From the human T2T-CHM13v2.0 reference genome, Homo sapiens, in NCBI RefSeq assembly GCF_009914755.1, contig NC_060944.1: a stretch of DNA of 64,000 nt, one strand, 5' to 3'. Made by a program: the position numbers and the translations under genes. The notes beneath the pieces are model-generated. The model was not told where the DNA came from. It searched no databases and was given only the letters and a program-made list of their open reading frames with translations. The number at the start of each line of letters is the position of its first letter. Position 1 is the stretch's first letter. Below, one piece after another: positions 1-14,319 of this stretch.

Positions 1-1882
1 CATTTCAACATCTGCCCCTAGAGCACTGTCTTCTCATTCTTGCTTTCTTCTGCTTCAGTGTCTGCCAGCTACTTTTTGGGGTTCCTTCCCCAGGCAGTTA
101 TATGCTTCTTCTTCATCTCCTCCAGCCTTCCTCACTTTGTTACACCCTCTCTGAATAATGTTGTCATGTCTCCAGTGGACAAAAGTGTTGGGGGAAAAGG
201 AGTGTATGTGTGGGTGTGTGAAATAACCCTTAATACAAGTACATGATTCCATAGTGTACCCTGTACTCTCTGTTAGTTGTCATCATTCTTATGTAACACT
301 GAAACCCAAAGGAACTCATCATATTTTCTTCTATGTTAAACTTCTTAGATCACCAGGTCAAAGGGACAGATTGGGTGTCCTGACTCTGACTCACATTGAT
401 GCATCACAGTCCTGGAAAATCCTTGAGCTGTGGAACTCTTTCTTTAAATGTAACTTTATGTTATTGTCCACTGTCCAACATTGTGGGTGAATTGAGGTGG
501 GGGAACATGGTGTACTGTCTACCATTAAAGTGTGGTAGGGAAAAAGAGAAGGTTGGTTTGTGGAATCACTAGGACTTTGGGGAGCCCAATTTAAACACCA
601 TCACATTCTACAAGCAGACACAGGGTATAATTTTACTAGCCTGGAGTATAATTCTGCTCTTGACAGAATGTCTGGGAATCACTGGTTATGAGATTCTGTA
701 TTCTCAAACCCGCATTTATACCCTATAAAAATGTGGGGTTTACTACGTGCTGGAAGCAGCTATTAGGATAAATTGTGCTAGCTCCTGAAACCAGGCATAA
801 GCCATTCCTACACCTGCCAGGACTGTCCTGTCTTCATCATACCTAGCTTAAGCCAATACAAGAATGAAGGGAGGAGGAATCTGAGCCTTGGTTGGCCCTA
901 AGCCTTCACCCAAATGATCCTGAAAATAATTGTAGTGATAGTAACAACAGCAAATCTTGAATATTTCCTCTCTCTGTGTTAAGCACAATGCTAAACACAC
1001 ATACAATTTAATGCCCAAAACTCTAGGTAAGTATTTTTATCTTGTCTTTAGAAACTCAGGGATGCTCAGGGCTAACAGGTGACAAGTGATTAAGGCAGGG
1101 GTTCAGATCGAGGTCTCCCCAATTCTAGTTCTCACATTGTCACTTGTCCATCCTGATTCCTTAGCCTGATGCTTCCATGTAATCTTATGATGGTCTTCAG
1201 GAAGGGTGTCTTTCCTTCCTTGTGCTCAAGGTCACCCACCTAGGAAGGGAACATGCATGAACACAGGTGCATCTGAGTCCAAATTATGAGCTTTGCTGCT
1301 TTTTGAGAGGCGGGTAGTACAATGGGCAGGATGTATTGCTTCTGAGAAAAATTACCTTTATGTGGGGGCTCTGGTTCATACCCCAAAGGCAGGTAAGAAC
1401 AGACTGCTTCTAGAAGCAGAAGTAACCTGTATCCTGCCATTTTTATTTATGGGAAAATAGTTTTATTTATTTAGTAAAAATATGCAGGATGAACAAAATT
1501 TTGTTTCTATGTTTTTGTAGACTAACAATATGAATAGTCCTCTGACAAGACTGGACACGGGAAAAAGAAGGTAGAAATAAAAATTTTTTCCTACCGCTAA
1601 AGAAGAGAATCTCAATTATGAAAAAGATGGCAAAATGTGGGAATGAATGGGAGCTCATGAGGCCAGGGAGGAGACAATACAGTGGATAAGTAGGTGCATT
1701 ATCTCAGATTGCATGCCTGTTACAAAGACTTGGTTCATAAAGTGATGAACATCAGTCACCCCAGAGATTTTCAGTTTATCCCAGCCCAGCACATTCGTTA
1801 ATGTATAGTGGCTAGAATATATTAAATGCTTGTACATATCAGGCCCATGCTAGGAACTTTGTATCCATTACTTTAAAAAATA

Positions 1883-2170
1883 CCTTTTTATTTTGGAGCA
1901 ATTTTAGAGTTACAGAAAACTTGCAAAGATAGTACAGAGAGTTCTTGTATGAACTTTGTCCAGGTTCCCTTAGTGTTAACATCTTACATAACCCAGGTAT
2001 ATTTGTCTAAACTAAGGAATTAATGAAGGTACACTATTATTAAGTAAACTTTAGATTTTTTTTGGATTTCATCAGCTTCCCCGCTAATGTCCTCTGTTTT
2101 CTTGTTCTGGGATCTAATCCAGGATACCACATTGCCTTTAGTTGTCATATCTCCTTAGTCTCCTTTGGTC
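1883..2170 (-). mobile_element. Old L1 (L1MC-type) 3' end fragment
   Basis: ttttagagttacagaaaacttgcaaagatagtacagagagttc...gttaacatcttacataac...ccaggataccacattgcctttagttgtcat resembles an antisense L1MC 3' UTR. Confidence 0.75.
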
Positions 2171-5100
2171 TCATTATTTTTTTAAATCCTCAAATAATTG
2201 TTCCTTTTTAGAGATGAGAAACAGGCTCAAACATATTAAGTGATTTTCATTGGTTCACAAATCTAGTCAGTTGCTCAGCTGGGATTTACTCAGCTCTGTC
2301 TGATTGCAAAGACCATGCATGCATTTTCTAACCACTGTTTACTATGCTGCCGCATGAGCTGCCTATATGAGAATCCTGAACAACCAAGAAATGAGGAAAC
2401 TAAGAGTACCCTGAGTTTTGGTTAGTTTAGAGCAATTGCCACCTAGAGGGTGAATGAATCCTAAGTTCACATTTCCAGCCCAGACTTTTGCTTTACACCC
2501 CGGAGCATAGATGGAGATGGGGTGAGAAGCTGCACATTGGCCCAATTGGCCAAGTTTACCCATTTGGCCAAGTTTACCCATTTCGCTATCTTTTGAATGC
2601 CCCATAAGCATCTCAAACTCAGCATGTCTGAAACCAGATTCGCCTTTCTTCTCAAATCTGGTATTCTGGTTCTTTCCTTCCCAAACTTGGCTCATGATGA
2701 TGTAAAAATGGAGAAATGGCTATAAGCAGTCACCAGAACTTAAAGTCATGCGGAGTAATTCCAGAGCAGAGAGAGCACATGTTGAGTGGAGAGAGAGAAT
2801 CAGTGACTTCTTAGTGAGGGGGGAATAAATTAGACATGTGATGACTGGTTGAAGCGTGCTCAGTGGCTAGGAGTAGTCCCTGAGGAGGAGGCAATTCCCA
2901 ATCTTCTTGCTGCCCTGAGTTCCCTCTTAACTTCAATTTCTGTATCTGCAAGACTGCCCAACTCTACTATAGTTGCTGTTGTCCCCGAGCACAGGTTCTT
3001 GAGTTTTCCTTAGCTCACTTACCATACATCTCTATTACTTAGAAAATATCTAGATAGACTGAGACTCTCAGTTCTGATTACCCAAAAAACCCAAACCAAA
3101 TCTTCCTTCCCCCACAGAGCTGCAGAAGTGGTGTGGCTCCAGCTTCTCTAGAGGATGCACAGAGGGTCTTAGTCCAGAATTCCACTGAATCTGTCTACTT
3201 GATCCTACCTCCCTGCACCCTCTCAGGATGGAGAAGTGGAAAGCACAAGATACACCTGGGTTTGAAGCCTAGAGCTGCCATATCCTAGTCATATGGCCTT
3301 AAACAAGTTTCTTATTCTCCTATGGTATCAGTTTTTCTCTTTATAGAATGTGGATAACGATATCTTGCTTAGCATTGACTTGAGAATTTAAGACAATGGG
3401 TAGGTGGCAACTGAGAGAAAGACTTTCTTCCTCTCTCTTTCTCATCTGTCTTTTCCATACTTTTTGAAAATCTTATATTCTTAGTGTGAAATCTTTCCCC
3501 TGCTTCTCTTTCTGCTTCCCACATGAGGACTGTTAGATTTGATGAATTCTTGAATAATTCATTCATAAGCAACCAAACTCTTTGATAAACAGCTTGGGAT
3601 TGAGGGAAGCTACTGGGGGAACACATGCACCAAGAACAACAGTTTTATTTTGGTCCCTGCTAAGGTGAGTGAGGGACACAAACTGAAAGCTGGGATGAGA
3701 TTGCACAGCATCATAGAGTGGCTTTGGAGAGGCTATGGCCATGGATAGGCAGAGAGAGAAGAGAGAAGAGGCAACTGGCAGGAGAAAGGAACAAGGTACA
3801 GTGGAACTGGGACAGTGGGCAGAAGAACAGGGGATTTATTCAAGTTTCTCCGGTCTGGTGAGCAATGTGAAGCTTTCTTTTCGTTTCCTTAGGACATCTT
3901 TAGTACAATACCATTTTTGCACTAACATCTGTGTATCTGAATCCTTGAAGGGGTATCTGATAAAGTGCTAAGTGTAACTTCAAGGTGAGATGGGGTGAAA
4001 ACCAAGGGCACCCTAAGAAGGCCCATCATGTCTGGATTTCATTCCAGTGCTTGGCATGGAGTAAGTGCTCAGTAAATACTAGTGTTAATAGTGGCTACAG
4101 TTGTAATTTCTTTCCAGCTCCTTTTTCTCTTCTACACTAAGATCTTCAAGAGCTCAGGAAAATGCACCTGTTTTATTCACTTCTGGATTCTTACCATTGG
4201 CAGAGTGCCTGGCCCATAGTTGGGTTCCAATAAATATTTGTTTTTATGACTAACAAATCCATGTAATCTCTGTGACCAGCTAAGTTCTCTTCTCAGCTTT
4301 ATTCTGTTTTCATTCAATACTCCCCATCCTCAGAAAGCTGATTCATTCTGGGACTTCAGCTCTTACATCCATCTAGTGGATTACTAAATTTGTATATCCA
4401 TTCCCGGCTCACATGGATAAGGCTGGCTTACATGGATAAATACTGGAATTGACAGTATTTGATTATTTTTAACTTACAAAAACAACAATTTCATAAATTG
4501 TAATCTAATATTCCCTTAAACTTCCACTCAAATGTTATATTGTCACCTTCAACACAACATAGGTGTTGTGCACTTCTCTGCCTATTGACTGTTCCTCTTC
4601 CTGGCATTGTTTAATCGGAAAATGCTTTTAGAATAGAAAGCTATCACTCTGTCCAGTAGTATCTTTTTATCATTGAGATGAAAGACTGAGGTTACATTCT
4701 GCCTCTGCTACATTCAAGTCACTTGCCTCAAGATCACACAGCAGAATGGTAGCAGAGGCAGAATGTAACCTCAGTCTTCTGTCTCCTGTTCTGGTTCTAG
4801 GTCTATCAAGTGCATGGATTCTCCAGCTTCCCAAGTCTTGCATCTCCATCTTCCTCCTTCCCCTCATCTTCTGGCAATATTCAGTTACCCACCAAGTCCA
4901 GGAACTTCTTCCTTCAAAATATGTCGTGTTCATATATATGTTTCCCAACTCAAGGACCTATGGCTGCCATGTTAGTTCAGGCCAACCTCATCTCCCACTT
5001 GAATCCCAGCAGAAGTTCATTGTTAAACCTCTCTCCTGCTTTCTTACATAATACCTGCCTAAAGGTATATATGAAAGCTAAAGTTTCAAAAGTCACCAAA

Positions 5101-5214
5101 TAGCTTTTAAAGTCTAAGGGCTGTTTGGTCCCAGAGAGAAAAATGATTTTAAAAAATTAAAATAGTACCATATCATTTAGACATAATGTTTTGATTACAT
5201 ATGTTCTATGATTT

Positions 5215-5770
5215 TATAATTTTTTGTTCAATAATTTCAGACTTACAGAAAAAATGTAAAAATGATACAAAAATTGCCTGTATGCCTTTACTCAAACTCC
5301 CCAAATGTTAGCATTTCTAATGTTTACCATTTTCTCTCTCTTTATACATTTTTATTATTATTTTTTCAAACCATTTTTGTGAGTAAGATGTGAACATGAT
5401 GTCCCTTGGTCCTAAATATACTAGTGTGGATTTTCTGAAAACAAGGACTTTCTTTTACATAATCACAGAAACATTATCAAAATCTGGATATTAGCACTAA
5501 TAAATACAATTGAACAATCTACAGACTTTATTTAAATTTAATCAGTGGTCACTTTAAAATCCTTTCTAGCAAAAAAAGTTTCTGATTTCTGATCCAAAAA
5601 AGGATAACTTGTTGCAATTTGTTGTCATGTTCTGTAGTCTCCTTTAGTCAGGAATAGTAATTCAGTCTTTCTTTGTCTTTAATTGACCTTGACATTTCTG
5701 AAGAGAGGCCATTTATTTTGTAGGCTGTTCTTCTATTTATGTGTATCCCATGGTGCCTCGTGATTATTTG
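5215..5770 (-). mobile_element. Old L1 (L1MC/L1ME) 3' end fragment
   Basis: taatttcagacttacagaaaaaatgtaaaaatgataca...cctaaatatactagtgtggattttctgaaaacaaggac...gaccttgacatttctgaagag. Confidence 0.65.
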
Positions 5771-6879
5771 TGTCTTTAACTTTTATGTCTCTTTAATTTT
5801 TAAATGAGTTAATATTTGTAAATTGCTTTAAGCAGTGCCTGGCACATAGCTCTATATAAATATTTGTTAAATACGCTTTGATCCTTTTCTTCACAGCCAA
5901 ATATACAGTTGACCAATCTATGGCCAATGAGTACTTGAAATGGAAGATTTGTCATTTGGGGGAATTTCTAAGTATTTTCATCTTTGTTTCAACTGCTTTA
6001 CCTGTCTGAAAACTATGTTTCTTATAGCTAATATCAGCATTTACATTTGTACCCCTTTCTGTACTTAATAACATAATAAAAACAAAACCAAATCTACCAT
6101 TAGGTCATCCCACAGACCCTGGCCTGTGGATAGAGATATCATTGCTGCCCAAGTTGAGTTCTTGGCTGCTAGGCAGGGTCACCTGGTGCTTGGGTGCTCA
6201 AGAATCAAAACCTGGGCTATGCGTGTGCAGCATAATGGACTAAAAATGTGAGCCATCCAAATATTTTAAGAATAAAAGTGGAAGACTTTTCTGCAAATTA
6301 TGGCGGCATTGGTATGGTATTCTATGAGGTATTTAATTTAATGTTCATTGCAGAATGGGATTTCACTCAATATTTTTTGTTTGTTGAATTACTTATTGCT
6401 TCCTTCCTGGCACAAACCTTGTGGGTCAGCAGACTGGACTCCTTGTGTCCTACTGGGAATGTGATGCATCACATCCCTGCTTCTGGGCTTTTGCTTCTAT
6501 GGCTCCATCTGGATGGCCCTTCTCACATTTCCACCTGCTCTCCTGCTCAGGCCTCTTAAGCTCGACATAGCCCCACCTCTCCTGGGCCCTCCCTCCACAT
6601 CTGTCTCTTCCTTCTCAGTCCCCTGCAGCATCTCTGCTCTGTATCACCCAGTCTGGCACTAAACAAGAGATAGATTTGATTCTGAATTAGCTGTTCCCTA
6701 CCTCAAGCCCCATTCCCCCAAATGGGCTAGGAAGTCTTTGAAGTAGGTATAATTGGAGGTAGATTTAGGTTTTTAAAAAGTTGAATTTCCTTGACAATTT
6801 TAATTTGAGAAAATTATATTTGAAGATGGAGCATGAATAAGGTCATATATTTCTTATCACCTCAAACATGGATCCTATA

Positions 6880-7420
6880 TGAGCTAGCATTTATCTAAAG
6901 ATTATTTCCAATGACTTGCCAATTATTGTGCTATTTTACATGTATTATTTCCTTTAATCTTTATAGGAACTCTATGATGAGGTGGCTACAGGCTACTGTT
7001 AATATTACCATTTTATTTAGTAGAAAGCTGGGGCTCAGAGAGGTTAAGCAACTTGCCCAGGGCTATATAGTGATCAAATACTAGAATCAGAATTTTATTT
7101 CAATCCACCTAACTTCAGAGCTTATGCCTGAGCCACTATATTATTCTCCCTCCATCATCAGCAAAGGGAAAAAATAGCATTACTGATGAAAACAGAGGAA
7201 AATGGTGGCTTTATTTAGAATGAACTAACATTTGTTGATTATCTACTGGGTGCTGGGCACTGTTAGACACTTTCACACATATTACCTCAGACAAACTTGA
7301 GCAACGACCCTGGAAAGGAAGCAGGTACTCTTATCTCTATTTCATAAATGAGAAAATTGAGAAACAGAGAGGTCAAATGACTTACTCAAGGATACAGAGC
7401 TCAGAGGTGATATGTATTTC
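6880..7420 (-). mobile_element. Two adjacent MIR SINEs
   Basis: MIR cores gaaagctggggctcagagaggttaagcaacttgcccagggc and gagaaaattgagaaacagagaggtcaaatgacttactcaagg. Confidence 0.7.
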
Positions 7421-8739
7421 TGGTACATTTAGCTTCATCCGGTAACACACAGCCCCAACCCTTTTCACTTGTCTTACAGTAGTGCCTCTCTTCTCAAATA
7501 GAATTTAACTCCACAGCATAATTATTCTTGCTCTGAATCCCCACTGTCTCATGGCGTCTTTTAGCATCAGTGTCTCCTAGAAGAGCCTCCAAGGAAAGGC
7601 TGCTGGGCAAGGCACTGAGTGAAGCAAGGGGGGTGTATATTCCTGCCCTGCCTTCTCCTCCGGCTGATGAAGCCCACAGTTAAGATGGTCTACCGGGGCT
7701 CGCTCCAGTCTTCCCAGAGAGTAATGTTCTGCTCAGGGGTGATAGAAAGCTCTGTGGCTGGCCCAGCCGAGGTATTGGAGAAAGATCCATCACCCCTGAG
7801 TGATCGGTGACCCACAGGTACTGCGCATGGAACCTAATGACCAGTCACTCAATTACCGGCTCAGTGACATGTTTATAAGGGTGAACTTTAGAGTGCTACT
7901 AGGGAGCGGACAGATGAACTATAGCTGTGCCTGCAGGGCAGAGCTCACCCAGCCCAACTGCCTCTGCGGACCCATTACCCAGTAATTAGGGGGATTTTTA
8001 AGTAGGAAGCAAGGAGTTAAATTATCACTTAGATTACTGCTTCACTTGTCACAGTAGAAAGTGCTGCTTTGGGGAAAGAAGGAAGGATTGGGGAAAGCAA
8101 GAGAGGGAGAGACGGAGAAAGAGAGTAATGGAAGGAGTGTGAGAGAGAAGGCTCTGGGAAATCGAGGTTTGAGATAAGGGCTCCATTCATTTTCCCCACT
8201 GGCAACTGTAACAGGAAGGTGCCAAGGGTGACCAATGAGAGATGCAGGTAAGTTGAGAGTCTGAGCCACAGCTGAGGTTTGCGTAAGTCTCTACCCACAG
8301 CATCTGTTTAGGCCATGGTAGCTCATCAGGAAGATGAAGGTAATAATACAATCATAGTTAGCAATGATTGATTGTATATGAGCCAGGAACTTGGCTAAGC
8401 ATTGTCCTTGCATCTGCTCATCTGATCCCTTCCACCCTGAACCAGGGGGCTGCCACTGTGATCTCCGCTCACCAGATGAGAACACTGGAGCACCTTGACT
8501 ATGTAACCTGCAACAGAGCTGGAGTGACCTGCTCAATGCCGGGGCCCAGCCTCTTAAACCCCTCACCAAGCACCTCTGTGAGGTCTTTACAGTCCTGAAA
8601 CAGCCCCAAACCTGCCTCTTCTGCAGAGGCAGGGGATGTTCTCAGTTTGCTCCAGACTTCCCTGTGTTGAGCTTAGCTCTACGTCTTATTTCCTTTGCAG
8701 CAAAATTGGCAACTGCTATTAATTTTTACTGTGTGTGTG

Positions 8740-10820
8740 TTTAATTTTTTTTAATGAAAAATATTAAACAAAGATCAGGTAGACAGAATTGTATAACAGA
8801 CATTTATGCACTCATGACCTGGCTTAAAAAATTGTTAACTACTGATCAAACTTATTTTTCTGTATCCCCCATCCAATTCCTTCTACCTTCCTGTATTATT
8901 TCGAAGCAAACCTCAGGTATCAAATAATTTCACCTCTGAATCTTTCAGCATCAAATATAAAGATTTTTTTAAGAAATCAAAATACTTTTATCATGCCCTC
9001 AAATAATAATTATTATCCAATCTGTTCAAATTTTTAAATTTTATTGGATAATTTTAGAAATATAGACAGTTATAATGGTTCAACTTACCATTTTTTGACT
9101 ACATTGGTACTCAACCATTCTATTTTTCGTGGTCAGTACAGTATTCAATACATTACATGAGGTAGTCAATACCTTATTATAAAATAGGCTTTGTGTTAAA
9201 TGATTTTGCCCAACTTTAGGCTAATGTCAGTGTTCCTAGCATGTTTAAGGTAAGCTAGGCTAAGCTCTGATGTTTAGTAGGTTAAGAGTACTAAATGCAT
9301 TTTTGACTTAATGATATTTTCAGTTTATGATGGATTTATTGGGATGTAATCCCATCACAAGTGGAGGAACATCTATAATTTATTTGTTTAAATTAGGATC
9401 CAAATAAGGTCGGTACATTGCAGTTGGTCGGTACATTGCAGTTGGTTGATAGGTGTTTTAAGTCTCTTTTATTCTTTTTTCCTTGATATTTATTTATTGA
9501 ACAAACTGTGTTATCTTAAAGAATTTCCTACAGTCTGCATTTTGATGATTGGATCTTAGTGGTATGGTATGGTTTATCATGTTCCTGTGTCCCTGGTGTT
9601 TTCTATAAATTAATGGTTACATCTAGAGTTTTGATCAGGTTCAGGTTTGGTTTTTTGGCAAGAATACTTCATGTATGGTACTGTGGACTTCTACTAGGAA
9701 GTCTGGTTTTCTTTCTTTCTGAAGTTAGCAACCACTGAAGATTGCTTTAATCTGGTAGTTTTTAATTACTTCATTCTTTTTTCATTTATTATCTGAATTA
9801 CATTTTAAAGAAATCTTATTAGCTATTTGTGATCCTGAGAAATAGTTTATATAGGAGAAGCAAGTTAATGCTTACTTTCTTCCCTTTATTTTCTAGTTTT
9901 TCAAATAATGAGTTGGTTCTCTAGTATTCTACATAGGATGCGAATGAGCTTATTTTATTTTATTATTACTATTATTTTGTACCCATAGACTTTTTAAGTT
10001 CTTGGTAAATTTCAATCCATTACAGTTATTGTTCTTTTTGAGATCCAAATTCTCCTGTGTCTGGCCATTGGGAGACTTTAAGTTGACTCCTGAGTTTTTC
10101 AAACATGATCACATGGTTTTTAGTAGCTTCCTGCTGTCTGGTTTGACAGTAGGTTCCAGACTCATCTCCTACACTTTCTTTTTCAAACCTAGTCTCAGGC
10201 TTTTGTCAGTTAAGAATGACATTTAGATAGCACAATTTTCATTTTGGGGTACTCATGGCTACTAGGTTTGTCATTGTCTCTAGGGCTTTTTTGTGGATAC
10301 CGGTACAAAATATGTATCTTGTTTAAAAGAGAAAACAAACCTTGAGTTTATATTGATACTCTCAATTCGTTTTTACTTACTTTCTTTGATCATTCATCTG
10401 TATTTCTTGTTTCTCCTGTTGAGTATCCCAGTTCCCAAAGGTAACCACATTTGTTCTATGCCACCATGCACACTCAATTGTCTCAGAGGAGCAATACCAG
10501 CACTACCACTAAGGTATGATTAGTAAAAACAACTTAAGGGTTTTTATTTTTCCTTAATTCATTTAGGCTGGGGATGTCCTGCCAGATTCCTGTATCTTAA
10601 AATCACTTGACATAGTTTTATCTGTATGGTTGTACCCTCAACTTCATGTATAGATTTATTCATGTATTCCATTTTACTTTAATTTTATAACAATTGCCTT
10701 TTAAGCTGTATTTATTAAATTACTATTTCACATGTCAATAATACACATTCATTGAAAAACATAATTATATATATATTTTTATAATGAAGTAAAATGCATA
10801 TGTGATTCCACAGTCAAACC
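8740..10820 (-). mobile_element. Old L1 (L1MC-type) 3' region, interrupted by MER47A
   Basis: Long T-rich stretch with L1MC-like motifs (gtattatttcgaagcaaacctcaggtatc, ggatccaaataaggtc, tttttttggcaagaatacttcat). Confidence 0.6.
9063..9375 (-). mobile_element. MER47A-like Tigger (TcMar) non-autonomous DNA transposon
   Basis: Reverse-complement homolog of 20399-20753 (ataggctttgtgttaaatgattttgcccaac; aagctaggctaagct; ends ggaggaacatcta). Confidence 0.75.
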
Positions 10821-10844
10821 TACAGAGCAGCTCCTTCTACACTG

Positions 10845-11043
10845 ATTCACAGAGCTCCTCAGCAGTATTAAGCTCCGAGTACCACATGGAAATTGACTTG
10901 AAAACACACACTTAATGGCTGCTTTTTCTTCTCCCATCTTACTTTCTCACAGCCTTATCAATTTTCAGGGATCACATCAAATAAACTACTTTTATACAAC
11001 TCTTTGTCTTTAGTCAGCATCTAAAGTAACTCAAATCAAGACA
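10845..11043 (+). mobile_element. LTR16-type ERVL LTR, 3' fragment
   Basis: gggatcacatcaaataaactact...ctcaaatcaagaca; homologous to the 3' half of 27421-27868. Confidence 0.6.
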
Positions 11044-11591
11044 CACATTTTTCTCTATCTTGCTTTTCATATAAGAAAATATCCTGAATTTTCACTTGAT
11101 TTCATTTCACAGTGAAATGATCACTTCATCGTTCTGGAGATAACCATGGCTGCTTTCACGGAGGCTCCTCCAAACCCTAGTGCCTTGCTGGAAGGGCCTG
11201 GAGGAGCTGGATTGAGCAGGCACGTTGGAGGGAGATCCCACCTGAGTTCAGACTGTGGACACTGCTGAAGTTCTGGGTCAGAGCACACATCTATTCCTTG
11301 AGAAGTAGGGCAGTGGCTAAGAGATTTGATTTTGATGCCAGAGTAACTGGAGCTGAAGTCCTGGCTTGGCAGGTATAGTTGTGTGACCTGAGCAAGTCAC
11401 TTCCCATCTCTGAGCCTTGGTTTCTTCTTTTGTTCAATAAGCATAATAATGGCGCCTGTCCTATAAGGTACATTGGTGAGGCACAATAAATAAAGTGTTT
11501 AGCACATGAAACACTTTCTAGAGATATCTGTAATCACCATCACCTCTAAAATAATGAGACTGCTCTAGTTCCTTTCTGAGTGCAGACTGTC

Positions 11592-11812
11592 TTTTTTTAA
11601 GTTTTATTTTATTAAGTGATAAATAATAATTGCATGTATTTATGAGGAACAAAGTGATATTTCTGTACATGTATACATTGTGGAATGATCAAATTAGAGA
11701 AAGAGTAGTTAGCATATCCATCACTTCATATCTTTATCATTTCTTTGTCTTGAGAACATTTAAAATCCTCTCTTTTAGCTATTTTGAAATATGCAATACA
11801 TTATTATTAAGT
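11592..11812 (-). mobile_element. L1MA 3' end fragment
   Basis: Poly-T then ataataattgcatgtatttatg...tacatgtatacattgtggaatgatcaaat...agctattttgaaatatgcaatacattatt. Confidence 0.8.
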
Positions 11813-12826
11813 ATTTTCCAGGCTTGGAGTCCTTGGTTCTTTTAGGAAGTCCTCATAGGATATGATTCCAAGACCCTCTCCGCCCTGGGTTGCAGCAAGT
11901 CCAGACGTGGCTGTAAATCAGATATGGATACATTCTTGATTTCTATTCAAGAAATAGACACCATCCTCCCAGTGTGACATATCTGCCAGAGAACTCAAAG
12001 AACTCCTAATGAAATTTTCTCATTAGGAATTTCTGTGAACTTCTCTCATCTTGAATTTCCCTGGGTGTTCTCTGCCCCATGGCCTGGCCTTTCCCCATAC
12101 GGATCAGGGACCTTCCATCTGCTTAGGCCCTCTTTAGCCCTCTCCTAGGACCCCATCCTTCTTTCCAACAACACAGGTATATCCTGGGGGTCCCAACAAG
12201 ATATTTTTATGATTAGAGAAGTCTAGGTATTTCCTGATAATTGATCATTTGTGGTGTAAAAGTGTTTTAACTCTTTACTCTGAAAAGAACGTCTGTCCTG
12301 AGGATAGGTAATAAAAGGAAAGTATGGCATGACCCTCTTCTCGCCAAGGAAGCAAACCTGGAAGATGGTTGGAGGAAAGCAAAGGAGAATATTTACAAAT
12401 AAGGAAAAGTAGAATGGAGTTTCCTTGTCTACTTAGTCAGTCTGTCTTGCAGATATTTTGAAAGAGGCACCCCTTAGTAGGCTCTATAGCCATCTGTGGG
12501 TCAGAGGTCTCAGAGGAAGGAAGGGGTGGCTCAAATACAAAATGGTACCCCTAAGGGCCGCGCAGGTCCCCCAATCCCAAACAATACTCCCATGTGCCAG
12601 AGGTGAAAGTGATGATCCACTGAGCTGAAGATTACCTAGAGTTTTGCTAAAATTCTGAGCAGGAGGTTGATAAATTATCCCAGGGAACTAAGGGTTGTGT
12701 GATATGAAACAGATGCATAGATATTCCTGGCAGTTTTAGAAGAAGGGTCTAGTCCTCAGAGAGATGGCAGTGACTAGGTGGGACTATGGGATACATGTAT
12801 TTTATTAGATTTAAAGTATTTTTGGA

Positions 12827-13253
12827 TAGTGGGATACAACACAGAGCCACTCAGATAGATGGAGAAACAGAACTCTTTGTTACTTACAGCTCCAAGTGAG
12901 TGACAAAAAGAAGGCTGCCATGCAGGGCCATATGGGGTTGCAGTGGGGATATGGTAACAGCAAGCTGGAGCAATAGGAGGTGGCAAGTGGCATGGAGGTA
13001 GCTAGGTTTCAATAGCTAATGTGAACAATTATGTGGGCTCCTGGGTTTAGGGTTTATTTGTTTGGTACTTGGCCCTGGAAAATGGGGACCTGATAAGGGA
13101 AGTTCTTGGGGTGCTTGCATAGTGGCCCAAGGGAGTGGAAGCCAGATAAAGAAGGTGATTGGCTTAGCAAACTGCCCATGAAGGGAAATTGAGAATTTTT
13201 AGCCATAATTTCAAAACTGGGTCAAGGCAGCACTTGTGAAATGTCACCCTACA
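12827..13253 (-). mobile_element. Probable ERV solo LTR, family not determined
   Basis: Minus strand begins TGTAGGGTG; the far end (ctctttgttacttacag) resembles the antisense polyA region of ERVL LTRs. Confidence 0.4.
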
Positions 13254-14319
13254 GCATGTCAATGGGGTTCAGGGCAGATCCTCAGCCTTGGAGAAATTTA
13301 AGTTAAAGTTGGGCTAGAACCCAGGCATAAGGCTTGGACCAAATTTCAGGAATCAAAACAGGGAAACCAAATGAGTGACATGCATGCCATTACCATCCTT
13401 TGCCTTGATCATGGCAGACATTGCCAACCAAACACAATTCTCCTCCTTACTGAGCCTGGACTCAGCCTTGAATCCTTCTCAGCTACCATCCCTGACAAGC
13501 AACAAAGTTGACATGTAATTTTCAACCCATGACTACACTTCATTAGAAGAGAGAATTAGTTAAGGGGCATGTGGCTATCTGGGTTTCCTGTAATTTGAAA
13601 TCTATGGATAGCAAATATAATTCCAGATCCCACCCACTGGTTGGACTAAGTGTTTCTCTTCTTAGCAGCATTGTTCAGGGACTGAGAGAGGCTGAGTCAT
13701 AAAGGGCTGGGCCCCGGGACAGAAAGTGACATGGAGCTGGAGAAGGCAGAGTCTAACAGTCTTTCAAGCACAGCACCCAATCAAAAGGAATGTACCTCTA
13801 GTGCGGAAACATTGGAGTAGCCCTAAGTAACCCATTGAGAAGCCAGTGTTCTCAACCATATATAGACGGACCAAGACCCAGCCACAAGATATATTCCAGT
13901 TGTGGAATTTGGGTCAGCATGTGAAGGTGGGATGTGATATTTGATCTTTTTTGAAAATATAGCTACCCAACTTCAACTTCTCCCCAAAGCTATGCTATAT
14001 CTGTATCCTTTTCTGAAGTATTTTATTAATCATTTCATCCATATTTCTCTTCACCTCAGACTTCAAATTTTGATTTCCTCTGGTATTTATAGCAACATCT
14101 GTGGTTTCTCAAGGCGCACAAGGCAGGTTTTAGGATGAAGGTATTTTCATGGAGGCTGGCAAGATATCTGAGGTTCAACAACAGGCAGCTGACTCAGGTA
14201 AAATGAAGCCAAAGAGAAACCAAACCTTGTTTTCTTGATTTTGTTTTTCCTTTCAGGGAGGGAGAGATCACTGGCCAATTTTAATTTAGGTTTCTTCTCC
14301 CTTAGTTATCCAAAGATGC

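Noticed and set aside
2363-2695. ORF with repeated MGKLGQ
   Set aside because: The repeat comes from an 18-bp DNA duplication in probable L2-derived sequence.
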